A stretch of DNA of 64,000 nt from the NCBI GenBank assembly GCA_026770705.1, contig JANJGN010000385.1:186001-250000 (forward strand), read 5' to 3'. How positions within the stretch are numbered: the stretch's first letter is position 1; every line of letters starts with the position of its first letter. The translations under genes were made by a program, and so were the position numbers. The notes below the pieces were generated by a model. The model worked only from the letters and a program-made list of their open reading frames with translations, searched no databases and had not been told where the DNA came from. Shown here in pieces: positions 1-11,846 of the stretch. The stretch comes from Isurus oxyrinchus. Taxonomy: Eukaryota.

Positions 1-287
1 CTAGCTCAAGGGATGAGGGAAGTGGAGTGACATGAGATTTTGGATGCTCTGAGGTGGTGAAAGGTGCTATACAAATGCAAATCCTTCATTGTTTTTCTTC
101 CTTAAAGCCTTGTAACTCTCTGCAGAGCACCTATCATCCCACCGTGAATCAAATTAGTCAGTGAAGACATTGTCTAAAAGGAGTTCTGATCTCTTGAGAG
201 CTGTCGGACAAGAGGTGAGGTCTCATTAACTCCTTTCTCTTTCAGAGTTTGAGATTGAGAAGTGAATGTAATATCTGGGAGTAGACA

Positions 288-327
288 ATGATCGGGAAAT
301 CTTACTTCCTCCTGTCACTTCTCCAAG
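288..327 (+). CDS. Siglec-like gene A, leader exon (MIGKSYFLLSLLQ, phase 1)
   Basis: Acceptor ttcag ends at 245. ATG at 288, hydrophobic LLSLLQ, donor AG|gtaat at 328. Phase 1 joins the V exon in frame. Confidence 0.85.
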
Positions 328-1494
328 GTAATATGATCGTCAGCTTGGACAGATTTATGGTAAAGGGTCTTTGTAAAGATCATTCTTATTGAGCTGTGAT
401 TGGGAACTAATTCAGCAGTGAGCCAGTGTATAAACTCACACCAAGTCCCATTCACCCATCACCCCTGTGCTCACTGATATACACTGACTCCCTGTCTGAC
501 AGCAGAATTGGAGAAGAATAGTGATCTCAGAGCGTTGTAGGGGCTGGAGACGGTTACACAATTAGGCAGGATTGTAGCAGCTAGAGCAGAATCTTAAACT
601 TCAGGTGATGTCGGCTGTTGGTCAGTGATAGATGGGGAGTGATGGGTTGAGAAGTAAATCAGGGAAAGAACCTGGGGGATGAAATCTATCCAGGTGCTAG
701 GATTCTGATAGCAATATCCTGAAATTTGTGTCTTTTGCTGATTTTGGTCAGAATTTCCCATGAAGACAACACAGCAGCTCCTAGAATAGACAGGCTGTTC
801 AGTGTCACACTTCCTGTCCATTCACACCATGCCAGAAACTTTGATAAGGGAGCAAGATCACTGAAAGAGAGAAGGGAGGCAAAGCTGTCTGTGTATTCTG
901 AGTTATCATGATTGTCTCTGATCTGCTGCAGAGTTTAAATTTCACAGAATCTGAGCACTTTGCAGCTCAGAGAGAGACCATTGACTCACTGCCTGAAAGG
1001 GCGGTGGAAGCAGATTCAACAGGAACTTTCAGAAGGGGAACTGGATAAATACTTGAAGGGAAATTTGCAGGGATGTGTGAAAGGTGCTGGAGAGGAATTG
1101 GGAAAGAGCCAGCACATGCACGATGGGTCAAATGAGCTCCTCCTGTGCTGTATCATTCAACAATCAGAGAATTTTAGATCCTTATCAGCAAATCTTCAGA
1201 ATCCTGCTGAATCATGGATATTTCAGAAGGACAGTTAACAAGAGGTTTCTGGTATCAGCGTTTCATATGGGACCCAGTTCAGTTTGAACAAATAAACAAC
1301 GTCATCCTGAAAGTCATGAACCCACCACAGCGGCACCTCCGACACATGCAGAGCTCAGGCTAGAGGCGCTTTGTTAGTGTGTTTCACAGGGTCTGCTGGA
1401 GTAGGGTCAGTGCTGAGCTTGGGGACAAGTCAGTCTACAATGCTGCATCGGAATCAACAATACAACAATATGGGGTTTGGATCAGAAATAATCC

Positions 1495-1720
1495 CTTAGA
1501 CAATGAGGATCCAAAGAGATTCCTTAGACAATGAAGATCCAAAGAGATTCCTTAGACAATGAGGATCCAAAGAGATTCCTTAGACAATGAGGATCCAAAG
1601 AGATTCCTTAGACAATGAAGATCCAAAGAGATTCCTTAGACAATGAGGATCCAAAGAGATTCCTTAGACAATGAAGATCCAAAGAGATTCCTTAGACAAA
1701 GAGCATCCAAAGAGATTTCT
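1495..1720. repeat. 28-bp tandem repeat (cttagacaatgaggatccaaagagattc), ~8 copies
   Basis: Units start at 1495, 1523, 1551 and so on. No spacers. Confidence 0.95.
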
Positions 1721-2329
1721 TATTCCATTGGTTGTCTAATTGTGGTCCATGATTTTCCAAGGGGTCCTTGGCAGAATCAAATTATCGAGCAAGAGAGAGA
1801 AAAACACCGGAGAGAACGGGAAAGGTGGGTTGGGTTCATGACTTTCAAAGATGGTGTTGTTTATTTGTTCAAACTGAACTGGGCCCCACACAAAACGCTG
1901 ATACCAGAAACCTCTTGTTCCCTGTCCTTCTGAAATATCCGTGACTTCAGCAGGATTCTGAAGAGTTGCTGATGGAGGAACAGAAACCCAATTTTTTTTT
2001 TGGTGAAGTTCAGTCAGGAACCAATAACGTTTTGTTTCAAGTAGACGTTGTTTGAGATTCAAGACACTTGCTAAGAGAATAAGGCGACAAGATTCCATTT
2101 TTGCACAGACACCCTGGGGTCTGCCCTCGGCCCCCCCCAAAAATGACAAATTGTGCTGCGAGCCCCCCGCGCACGTGTGAACCTCCTGAGGTCTGTGAGG
2201 ACTCGGCGTTCCGGCTCTCTGCTCACGATGCACGAGGTCAGTCTGGATCTCAGGCCAAGGTGGGATGGAGGAACACAGGGAGAACGGATACAGATACATC
2301 ATTCACCAAAAGTTACACCACACATTAAC

Positions 2330-2890
2330 CAGGTCAGAAAAATAGCAGTCCAAACGCTAGACTTTATTCCGAAAGGGAGTGAATTGAAAAGCAGGGAAGT
2401 GATGGAAAACCTGTATTGAACCTTGGTCAGTCTACATTGACCGTGCTGCCTGCAGTTCTGGTCACCGTGTTATAAAAAGGATATAGAGACACTGGAGAGG
2501 GCACAGAGAAGATTGACAATGATGATCCCAGAAATGTGGGGGTAAACATATGAGGACAGGACTGACGGGCTGGGTCTCTCTTCCCTAGAAGAGACAAGGC
2601 TGAGGGGATGACCTAATCCAGGTGTTTAAAACTGAGAAAGGTTTCGATGGAGTGGATACAGAGAGAGTGTTTCCTCTTGTTGGGAGAGGAGACGAGAACT
2701 AGGGGCCCTCAATATGAGATCATCACTGATAAACCCAATGGGGAATTCCGGAGAAACGTCTTTACCCAGAGAGTGGGGAGAATGTGGAACTCGCTCCCAC
2801 AGGGAGTGGCTGGGGTGAATAGTATTGATGTATTTAAGACGGAACCTGGATTAACACATGAGGGAGAAAGGAACATAGGGGTATGATGGT
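2330..2890 (+). mobile_element. CR1-type LINE 3' fragment
   Basis: Degenerate ORF2 C-terminus (..FRRNVFTQRVGRMWNSLP..). Confidence 0.8.
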
Positions 2891-3431
2891 AGGTTTAGAG
2901 GAAAGTTTTTAGTTGACTGGGTAGACAGAGAATATTTCCCCTTGTGGGGAGGAGAATAACTAGAGGCCGAGTGATTGGTGATTCCTTAAACATTGAAGAG
3001 AGAATGAACACCAATCAGATTGAATCAGATTAGCCAATCAGCTGTGTTGAAGAGCAGACAGGAACGTTAGGCTAATTAGTGATTCATGACGGTGATAATG
3101 GGGGGAGTTCTGAGGACTCCTAATCCATTGTCCTGTCTTGTAAATCAGCACTGAATGGATCTCAATTGGTGTGTGTTGTAGACACTGTGTTGGGTGGAAG
3201 ACTGGCTTCACTAAACAGGGTCCTGAGGACCATGAGCCAATGTAGAATGAACTTGTCCACTCCTGTGTCCAGGATTCTCTACCATCCATTGTGAAACCTT
3301 GGGGAGTTCCTTGTGTGTCCTGTAGATGGTCCACACTGCAGCCACTGTGCCCCAGTGATGGAGGGGGTGGATATCGAGTCTAGTGGATCTACAAACTATC
3401 CAGGGTTAAATATTGATATTTCTCTCCCCAG

Positions 3432-3800
3432 TTGGACTGTCACAAAAGTGGAAAGGTGACACTCCACGAGAGGTGTCAGCGCAGGAAGGTTCCTGTGTAC
3501 AGATTCCACGTCATTACAGTTATCCAGCAAAATTTGAAAACCAACCGCGAGGTGGAGTCTGGTTTAATAACGAGAAAGAGATTCCCTGGGCTCCCATTGC
3601 CTTTCACTCCAAGGATCACAGACACGAGTTACCACGGTTCCACCATCGGACCCGGCTGTCTGGAGACCTGAAAGATGGCGACTGTTCCCTGATTATAAAC
3701 AACATCAGACGGGAAGATGAAGGACCTTATTTTTTCAGAATAGAATTTGACAATGGTCCGAGCCATAACTATTACCCTGTAACCCAGCTTCACGTTTCTG
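3432..3800 (+). CDS. Siglec-like gene A, V-set Ig exon
   Basis: ccccag| ... TG|gtaagt, 369 nt, phase 1-1. Encodes VGLSQKWKGDTPREVSAQEGSCVQIP..GVWF..RTRLSGDLKDGDCSLIINNIRREDEGPYFFRIE. Siglec hallmarks: EGSCV, DCSL, and YFFR with the essential Arg (3737-3739). Confidence 0.93.
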
Positions 3801-4200
3801 GTAAGTGCTGTGTTATAATTACTCAACAATTCACATTCAACACTCAATGGGAAATAACACAAACTGTGACGTTTACACATTAACACAAAACACAGCTTAT
3901 TATAACACACTGTCTGATTCTCAATAACCTGGTGATAGCTTCCAGTTCTGTCCTAAAGCAACCTCTAATACTCACTTTAATATCAATGATGAAATGCATT
4001 GATTGTGTCCATTAATGTTATCAGGTTATCCATTCTCATCGATCTCTCTAATCCAGTTTAAAAGTCTTTCCTGATCATTGTAACCTCTCAGTTCTGATAT
4101 CATCCTTGTAAAAGTGCTTTCTCTTGTGGGGCTGTGATTTCTATTTGAACTGATGCTTCACGTTATATTTCTCTAAAATGATCCATTCTCTGTCTGTTAG

Positions 4201-4497
4201 ATTTCACAGATAAACCCATGATATTCCCTGCTGAAATTATTGCAGGAAATCGTGTGGATGTAAGCTGCACCTTCAACACAACGTGCAATGGAACAGCAGC
4301 ACCTGTCTTAACCTGGGACACTCCCACTGACGTACCTGGATCAGTCTCAAACACTGTAACTCAGCATGGTGTCACTCTGACCTATACTTCTGTTCTGACC
4401 CTGACCCCATCACTCAAACACCATGGACACACTCTCAGCTGCAGAGTGAGATATCCATCTGTTTCAGCGGAGCGGACCATTGTACTAACTGTGCAAG
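4201..4497 (+). CDS. Siglec-like gene A, C2-set Ig exon 1 (domain 2)
   Basis: tgttag| ... AG|gtaagt, 297 nt. DFTDKP..VSCTFNTTCNG..PVLTW..SVLTLTPSLKHHGHTLSCRV. The extra Cys is typical of Siglec domain 2. Confidence 0.93.
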
Positions 4498-4509
4498 GTA
4501 AGTATGGAC

Positions 4510-5915
4510 ATCCAGTGTCTGGTGAGATAGTTGATACATTGGTTTTCATCTTCCAAAACTCCCTAGATTGAGGGAAGGTCCCATTAGATTGGAAGATAGG
4601 AAATGTAGCTCCATTATTCAAAAAGAGAGGGAGACAGAAATTGGGCAACTATAGGTTTAACATCTGTCATAGGGAAAATGTTAGAAGCTATTATTAAAGA
4701 CGTTATAGCAGGGCACTCCAATAAGCTCAATGTCATCAGGCATAGTCAACATTGTTTTGTGACAGGGAAATTGCATTTAGCCAACTTATTGGATTTCTTT
4801 GAGGAAGTAACATGTGAATAAAGGGGAACTGGTGGATGTACTGTACCTATACATCCAGGAGGCATTGGATAAAGTGCCACATCACAGGTTATTGTGGATA
4901 ATAAAAGCTCATTATGTAGAGGCTAACATTTCGGCATGGTTAGAAGATTGGCTAGCTAGCAGGAAGCAGCGAGTAGGCATAAATGGGTCTTTTTCAGGTT
5001 GGCAGAATGTGAGGATTGATGTGCCACAGGGGTCAGTGCTGGGACCACAACAGTTATCAATTTCTGTAAATCATTTTGATGAAGGGATTGTTGGGATGGT
5101 AACTAAATTTGCTGATGATACAGGGATATGAAATGGTCCACTTTGACAGGAGAAATGAAAGAGAAGCATGTTATCTAAGTGGTGAGAGATTGCATTGTTC
5201 TGAAGTGCAGAGGGATCTGGGTGTTCCAGTGCATGAATCATAAAAGGCCAATATCCAGGTTCAGCAAATAACTAGGAAAGCTAATAAAACGTTATCATTG
5301 ATTGTGAGGGGGAATTGAATACAAAAGTAGGGAGGCTACACTTCAGTTGTACAGGGAACTGCTGAGACCACATTAGGAGTACTGTGTACAGTACTGGTCT
5401 CCTTATTTAAGGAAGGATGTAAATGCGTTGGAAGCAGTTCAGAGAAGGTTTACCAGACCAATACCTGGAATGGGTGGGTTTGTCTGATGAGGAAAGGCTG
5501 GACAGACTAGGATTGGATCTGCTGGAGTTGAGAAGAGTAAGAGGCGACTTGATTGAAACATGTAAGATCCTGAGGGGTCTTGACAGGGTGGGTGTGGAGA
5601 GGGAGTTTCCTCTTATGGAAGAATCTAGAACTAGGGGTGACTGATTAAAAATAACGGGACGTACATTTAAGAGAGAGATGAGATGAAATTTTTTTTCTAT
5701 CAGGGTTTGTAAGTCTTTGGAACTCTCTTCCTGAAATGATGGGAGAAACAGGGTCTTCAGATATTTTTAAAGCAGAGCAGCACAGATCCTTGTTCAGCAA
5801 GGGGGTGAGAGGTTATCGGAGGTGGATGGGATGCAGATTTCAGGTTAATATCAGATCAGCCAAGATCTTATTAAATGATGGACCAGCCTCAAGGGGCTGA
5901 ATGGCCTACTCCTGC
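4510..5915 (+). mobile_element. CR1-type LINE, decayed reverse-transcriptase region and 3' end
   Basis: ALDKVPH, PQGSVLGP, KFADDT and RRVRGDLIE motifs, interrupted by stops and frameshifts. Confidence 0.9.
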
Positions 5916-6019
5916 TCCTTGTTTACCTATTCTACATCAGCTGTGATCGTCCTGACTTTGCACAGCAAGATCCCACAAACTGCTCTCTGTTTAGCAACAG
6001 ATCACCTATCTGATAAAAA

Positions 6020-7080
6020 TTCACCTCTGACAGTGCAGCACTCTCTCAGAACTGACACTCCAACAGTTCAGCACCACCTCTCCACTGACCCTCTGACAAT
6101 GTAGCGCTCCCTCAGTACTGACCCTCCAACAGTTCAGCACCATCTCTCTACTGACCCTCTGACAATGCATCACTCCCTCAGTACTGACCACCTGACAGTG
6201 CAGTGCTCCCGCAGCACTGACCCACCGACAATGCTGCAATCCCTAGGTACTGACCCTCCGACAGTGCAGCACTCCCTCAGTACTGAGAGTCAGTACTGCG
6301 GGAGTGCTGCACTGTCGGACGGTCAGTACTGAGGGAGTGCTGCACTGTCAGAGGGCAGTACTGAGAGAGTGCCACACTGTCAGAGTGTCAGTACTGAGGG
6401 AGTGCTGCACTGTCAGAGGGTCAGTACTGAGGGAGTGCTGCACTTCGGAGGGTGAATACTGAGGGAGTGCTGCACTGTCAGAGGGTCATTACTGAGGGAT
6501 TGCTGCAATGTCAGAGGGTCATTACTGAGGGAGTGCTGCACTGTCGGAGGGTCAGTGTTGAGGGAGTGCTGCACTGTCGGAGGGTGAATACTGAGGGAGT
6601 GCTGCACTGTCGGAGGGTGAATACTGAGGGAGTGCTGCACTGTCATCGGGTCAGTACTGAGGGAGTGCTGAACTTTCAGAGGGTCAGTACTGAGGGGGTG
6701 CTGCACTGTTGGAGGGTGAGTACTGAGGTGGTGCTGCACCATTGGGGGTTCAGTACTGACGGAGTGCTGCACTGTCACCGGGTCAGTACTGAGGGAGTGC
6801 TGCACTGTCAGAGTGTCAGTACTGAGGGCTGCTGCACTGTCAGAGGGTCAGTACTGAGGGAGTGCTACACTGTCGGAGGGTGAGTACTGAGGGAGTGCTG
6901 CACTGTCACCGGGTCAGTACTGATGGAGTGCTGTACTGTCGGAGGGTCAGTACTGATGGAGTGCTGTACTGTCGGAGGGTCAGTACAGGGGGAGTTCTGC
7001 ACTGTCGGAGGGTGAGTACCGAGGGGGTGCTGCACTTTTGGGGGGTCAGTATTGAGGGAGTGCTGCACCATTGGGGGGGT
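6020..7080. repeat. 30-bp minisatellite (actgaccctccgacagtgcagcactccctcagt family), orientation switch at ~6290
   Basis: Directly visible tandem units. The same family recurs near 14320, 20975, 28030, 30460, 36580, 38720, 46680, 50390, 52760, 61830 and 63835. Confidence 0.95.
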
Positions 7081-7729
7081 CTTTGCCGAGTGAGTGCTGC
7101 TCTGTCTGAGAATCATCACTTGTATCAAAACGTTTTTAACTTTACTGTTGTTCCCACTTCAGCTGCAACTGCTCCACATCCCCATGTGTTAACTGGAGCA
7201 TGTCAGCCTGGAGTTACGTGGAATTGCAGAGCAGAATCTGCTCTCACACATTGAAGCTGGCAATCGCTAAGTGTCCCTCAGTGATGATGTTTTCTGATGG
7301 AATGAAACTTGGCAAAGCCGTGGGTAGTGATAAGGAGAGATTGGGCATGAGAGGGGCATGATCAGGGTGAGGTGGGCAGACACATGGCTGATGCAGTTCA
7401 GCGCAGTGTCGTGTGAAGTGACGCACTTTGTCAGGATGAATACAGACAGATATTGGACAGTAATGATTTGGACAGGTGTAGGTGAGCAGAGACCTGGGCG
7501 TCTCTCTGCACTCATTCTGAAAGATTAAAGGACAACTTGTTGAGGTGATGAAGAAAGAAAATGTCTTCCTTGTGTTAACAGACTGAGGAACTGAGTTAAA
7601 AGCAAAGAGATCATGCGGGAACTTTATAAATCACTGGTTAGAACTCAGCTGGAATATTGTTCAGAACGCTGGGCCTCCACACTTCAGGAAAGATGTAAGA
7701 GCTTCAGACAGGGTGTCCAAGAGGACAAA

Positions 7730-8080
7730 ACAGTAAAAACTGGGACATAAGAGTCCTGCTCCAAACTGGTCTTGTATAGCTTAACGTATAACACCAGTAA
7801 AACTGGGAAATAAGAGTACTGCTCCAAACTGGTCTTGTATAGCTTAACATATAACACCAGTAAAACTGGGAAATAAGAGTCCTGGTCCAAACTGGTCTTG
7901 TATAGCTTAATATAGAACACCAGTAAAACTGGGAAATAAGAGTCCTGGTCCAAACTGGTCTTGCATAGCTTAATATAGAACAACAGTAAAACTGGGAAAT
8001 AAGATTACTGGTCCAAACTGGTCTTGTATAGAATAATATAGAACACCAGTAAAACTGCGAGATAAGAGTACTGATCTGAA
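7730..8080. repeat. 63-bp tandem repeat, ~5.5 copies
   Basis: Unit anchor at 7741, 7804, 7867, 7930, 7993 and 8056. Confidence 0.9.
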
Positions 8081-8096
8081 CTGATTTTTTGCTTCT

Positions 8097-8560
8097 GGGT
8101 GGGGAGGAGATTGAGCAGAATGGGTCCAGGGATGAGGGATTTTAGCTACAAGGTTGGGTTGGAGAAGCTGGGGTTGTTCTCCTTGGAACAAAGGAGATTG
8201 AGGGGGGATCTGATCGAGGTGTACAAGATGATGATGGGTTTAGATACGATAGACAAAGAGAAGCTATTGCCATTAGCTGATGGTACAAGGACTGGGGGAC
8301 ACAGATTGAAGGTTTTGTGCAGAGGGAGTGATGTGAGGAGGAACTTTTTTATAGAGTGAGTGGTAATGAGCTGGAACTCGCTGCCTACGAGGATGGTGGA
8401 AGTGGAGACGATGAACGATTTCAAAAGGAAATTGGACGGACACTTGGAAATAAACTTGCAGGGATACGAGGACAGAGCGGGGGGAATGGGACTGAGTGGA
8501 TTGCTCTACAGAGAAACAGCATGAACTGGATGGGCCAATGGCCTCCTTCTGTGTTCTGAC
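8097..8560 (+). mobile_element. Young CR1-type LINE 3' end
   Basis: LEKLGLFSLEQRRLRGDLIEVYKMM. Nearly identical to the reverse copy at ~19670-20150. Confidence 0.88.
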
Positions 8561-8644
8561 TGTCTGTGACCCTATTGAAAAATCAGAGGACAAATCCAAA
8601 TTGTTTTCTGCTTGTCAGTTAACATCTGGAACTTTCTATTCCAG

Positions 8645-8932
8645 TTGCTCCAGATAAGCCAGTTATTGTGCTCCTGAAGGATTTACAGGAGGGGACTCCT
8701 GCACATATCATCTGTAAATGCCTCTACACCTGCCCTGATAACCACCCCAATCTAACCTGGAGTGAATTGCTGACTTCCTCGGTCAGCACCATCACAGAGA
8801 ACGGTGGTGATGTTTCCGCTCCACTGACCTTTAACCCTTCGTTCAAGCATCATGGACGAACTCTCTGCTGTACGTGTGACTACTCTCAAACCAGCCATCG
8901 AGTGGTCAACTCAGTTACTCTGAGTGTAAAGT
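8645..8932 (+). CDS. Siglec-like gene A, C2-set Ig exon 2 (domain 3)
   Basis: ttccag| ... T|gtaagt, 288 nt, phase 1-1. VAPDKPVI..EGTPAHIICKCLYTCPDNHPNLTW..LTFNPSFKHHGRTLCCTC..VTLSVK. Confidence 0.88.
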
Positions 8933-9440
8933 GTAAGTATTGGTTAGAACATCCTGCTTGTGATGGAGGGGGAGTCAGTCTCCTACTAAATCAGGCATTG
9001 GAGAAGGTGCAAGTGGGATTGACAAGGATGATTCCAGAACTGAGAGGTTATAACTATCAGGAAAGACTGAACAAGCTGGGCTTCTTTTCTCTAGAAAAGA
9101 GAAAGCTGAGGGGGTGACCTGATCGAGGTCCTTAAAATGGTGAAAGGGTTTCGATAGGGTAGATGTGGAGAAGATGTCTCCACTTGTCGGAGTGACGAAG
9201 AGTTAGGGGCCATCAATATAAGATCATCACTAATAAAATGGTGCACACTGCAAACAATGTGCGTTCATGGTGGAGGGAGTGAATGTTGAAGATGGTGGGT
9301 GGGATGCCAATCAATCGGGCTGCGTTGTCCTGGATGGTGTCGAGCTTCTTGAGTGTTGTTGGAGCTGCACTCATCCCGGCAACTGGAGAGAATTCCATCA
9401 CACTCAGTGTTTAATGTGTTGATAATTTTGTATTTGAAAG

Positions 9441-9698
9441 ATTCTCCTCACAACACGTCTGTCAGGCTGACACTGGAAAAAGGAAAGGTGATTTCTCTAA
9501 GTTGTTCCAGTGACGAGAATCCAGCAGTCCACAATTTCACCTGGTTTAAGATCTCCCAAGGAAAGGTGACGAATCTGGCGCTCGCTGGTCAAACTATTAC
9601 AGTTCCTTCTGGATTCGATGAGGAAATCTCCTACTACTGTGAAGCAACAAGTATCCTGGGCAGTTCCCAGTCTCTGCCCATTAGAATTCCCACTGAAT
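9441..9698 (+). CDS. Siglec-like gene A, C2-set Ig exon 3 (domain 4)
   Basis: tttgaaag| ... T|gtgagt, 258 nt. YSPHNTSV..ISLSCSSDENPAVHNFTWFK..YYCEATSILGSSQS, a CD22/sialoadhesin-type C2 motif. Confidence 0.88.
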
Positions 9699-10203
9699 GT
9701 GAGTAATTTCAATCCTGACTTTTAAACAATTCCACATCTTGTCCAAACTCCGAGGTGAACCAAATCTCCCCTTGGGTGTTGCTGAAAACATGCTGTCGAA
9801 GGTTTCAGTCTCGTCAGGACAGAGTCACGAGAAAACCCAATCTCAAAGGGAACAGCCATTTCTGATGCGGGGGAAGAGGGCGTGCTGATTGGCTGGCAAG
9901 TCGACATTTCTCCACAGTTTGTTCACAATTCTCAGTGATGGTCACCATGAAACTACCAGATTGTTGTAAAAACCCTTCAGTACTGTCCCTCCAACAGTGC
10001 AGATCTCCCTCGCTACTGACTCTCTGATAGTGTAGCACCCTCTCAGTACTGACCTTCTGACATTGCAGGACTCCCTCAGTACTGAACTGAAGTGTCTGCC
10101 TGAATTAAGTTCTTTGTGGTGAAGGAACCTACATTGATATCACACCTTTCACATTCTCAGGGTCTCTCAAAGTGTTTCACAGTCAATGTAAGTAACTGAT
10201 CAG

Positions 10204-10485
10204 ACACACCACAGAATCTCTCAATTAATTCTCTTGATATAATTAACGCTTCATCGATCAATATAATTGAGGGGAATTCTGCAGTGATAATCTGCTCTGT
10301 CGAGAGCTTCCCAGCTTCTAACCTGACGTGGCGACATCTTAATGTCCCAATGAACAGAACAAGTTCCAACAATGAGCTGTGGTTGGTGATTCCTCACGTT
10401 ACATCCAGGGACACGGGACACTATCAGTGTGCGGCAGAGAAGGAACATGGAGCAGTGGAGGGATTTATAACCATCTCTGTGGAAC
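10204..10485 (+). CDS. Siglec-like gene A, membrane-proximal C2-set Ig exon 4 (domain 5)
   Basis: 282 nt, the same length as the paralogous exon 49135-49416. YTPQNL..EGNSAVIICSVESFPASNLTW..DTGHYQCAAEKEHG..ISVE, donor C|gtgagt. The acceptor (ctgatcag) is weak. Confidence 0.85.
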
Positions 10486-10524
10486 GTGAGTTACACAGAA
10501 TTGAACATTCTTGTGTTATTAGCT

Positions 10525-11560
10525 CATGGGATGTGGGCATTGTTGACAAGACCAGAAATTATTGCCCATCTGTAACTGCCCCTTGAGAAGGTGGTGGTGA
10601 GCTGCCTTCTTTAACCACTGCAGTCCATGTGGTGTAGGCACACCCACAGTGCTGTTAGGGAGGGAGTTCCAGGATTTTGTCCCAGTGATGGTGAAGGAAC
10701 GGCCGATATAGTTCCAAGTCACAGGGCAGACCACCACCTCAAGTTCACCTCCAAATCACACACCACACTGACTTGGAACTGTCTTGGTGGAAGAGGTTAA
10801 GAGTTTGGAAGGTGCTGTCGAAGGAGCCTTGGTGAGTTGCTGCAGTGCATCTTGTAGATGGTGCACACTGCTGCCATTGTGTGCCAGTGGTGGAGGATAT
10901 GAATGTTTATGCTGGTGGATGGGCTGTCGATCAAACAAGCTGCTCCTGGATGGTGTTGAGGTTCTTGAGTGTTGTTGGAGCTGCGCTCATCCAGCCAAGT
11001 GGAGATTATTCCATCACACTCCTGACTTGTGCCTTGTCAATGGTGGACAGGCTTTGGGTGGTCAGGAGTTGAATTACTCACCACAGAGTTCCCAGCCTCT
11101 GACCCGCTCTTGTAGCCACATTATTTCCTGTTGCTGGGTTGTTGCCAGGGCCAATAGCCTTTGCTGTATCCAGTATCATCAGCTGATTCCTGATGTCACG
11201 TGGAGTCAATCGAATTGTCTGAAAGCTGACATCTGTGATGCTGGGACCCTCTGGAGGAGGCCGAGAAGGAGCATCCATTCAGCACTTCTGGCTGAACATG
11301 GTTGCCAATGCTTCAGCCTTGTCGTTTGCACTGATGTGCTGAGCTCCCCCATCATTAAGGATGGGGATATTTGTGGAGCATCCTCCTCCGGTTAGATCAT
11401 TAATTGTCCATCACCATTCATGACTGGATGTGGCAGGACTGCAGAGCTTAGATCTGACCTGTTGGTTGTGGGATCGCTTTGCTCTGTCTATAGCATGTTG
11501 TTTCCGCTGTTTGGCGTGTATGTAGTCCTGTGTGTCACCTCAGCAGCTTGGCACCTCTGT
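10525..11560 (-). mobile_element. CR1/L2-type LINE fragments
   Basis: Same family as 23030-24990 and 43730-45780, with shared nucleotide blocks in the ORF2 C-terminal region. Confidence 0.75.
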
Positions 11561-11749
11561 TATATGTGAATCCTCCTTATAGAAACCTGCATGTACATGG
11601 ATATTATCAATAAATATTACATAGATAAATGTTATTTGTATAGACCTTTCATGCATAGACAATATCACTTCACAAGTTCAGAATTACTACATGTACATAG
11701 GGAACCATTCTCAAACTGTACCGGAGTCATTCATTGGCTGATTTTACAG

Positions 11750-11846
11750 GGCGAGATTCCAATGAATGGAAAGCAGGATTGCTTGGAGCTGGAATCTGTT
11801 TGAGTGTTGGACTGAGTGGATTCTTCATCTTCAAGTGTGTGAGAAA
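11750..11846 (+). CDS. Siglec-like gene A, transmembrane exon (uncharged core)
   Basis: ttttacag| ... AA|gtaagt, 97 nt, phase 1-2. RRDSNEWKAGLLGAGICLSVGLSGFFIFKCVR. Homologous to the gene D TM exon. Confidence 0.85.

Noticed and set aside
1495-1720. 28-bp repeats as a CRISPR array
   Set aside because: Units are contiguous with no unique spacers, there are no cas genes, and the DNA is vertebrate.
6413-7254. Repetitive ORFs (TEGVLHCQRVS / QHSLSTDPPTV) here and at 21, 28, 38, 46, 50 and 52 kb
   Set aside because: These are translations of a 30-bp minisatellite open in several frames and both strands, with no splice or gene context.
288-11846. Naming gene A as MAG, CD22 or CD33
   Set aside because: The five-Ig layout and hepcidin linkage fit the MAG/CD22 neighbourhood, but the sequence is divergent and multi-copy. 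Orthology needs a phylogeny.
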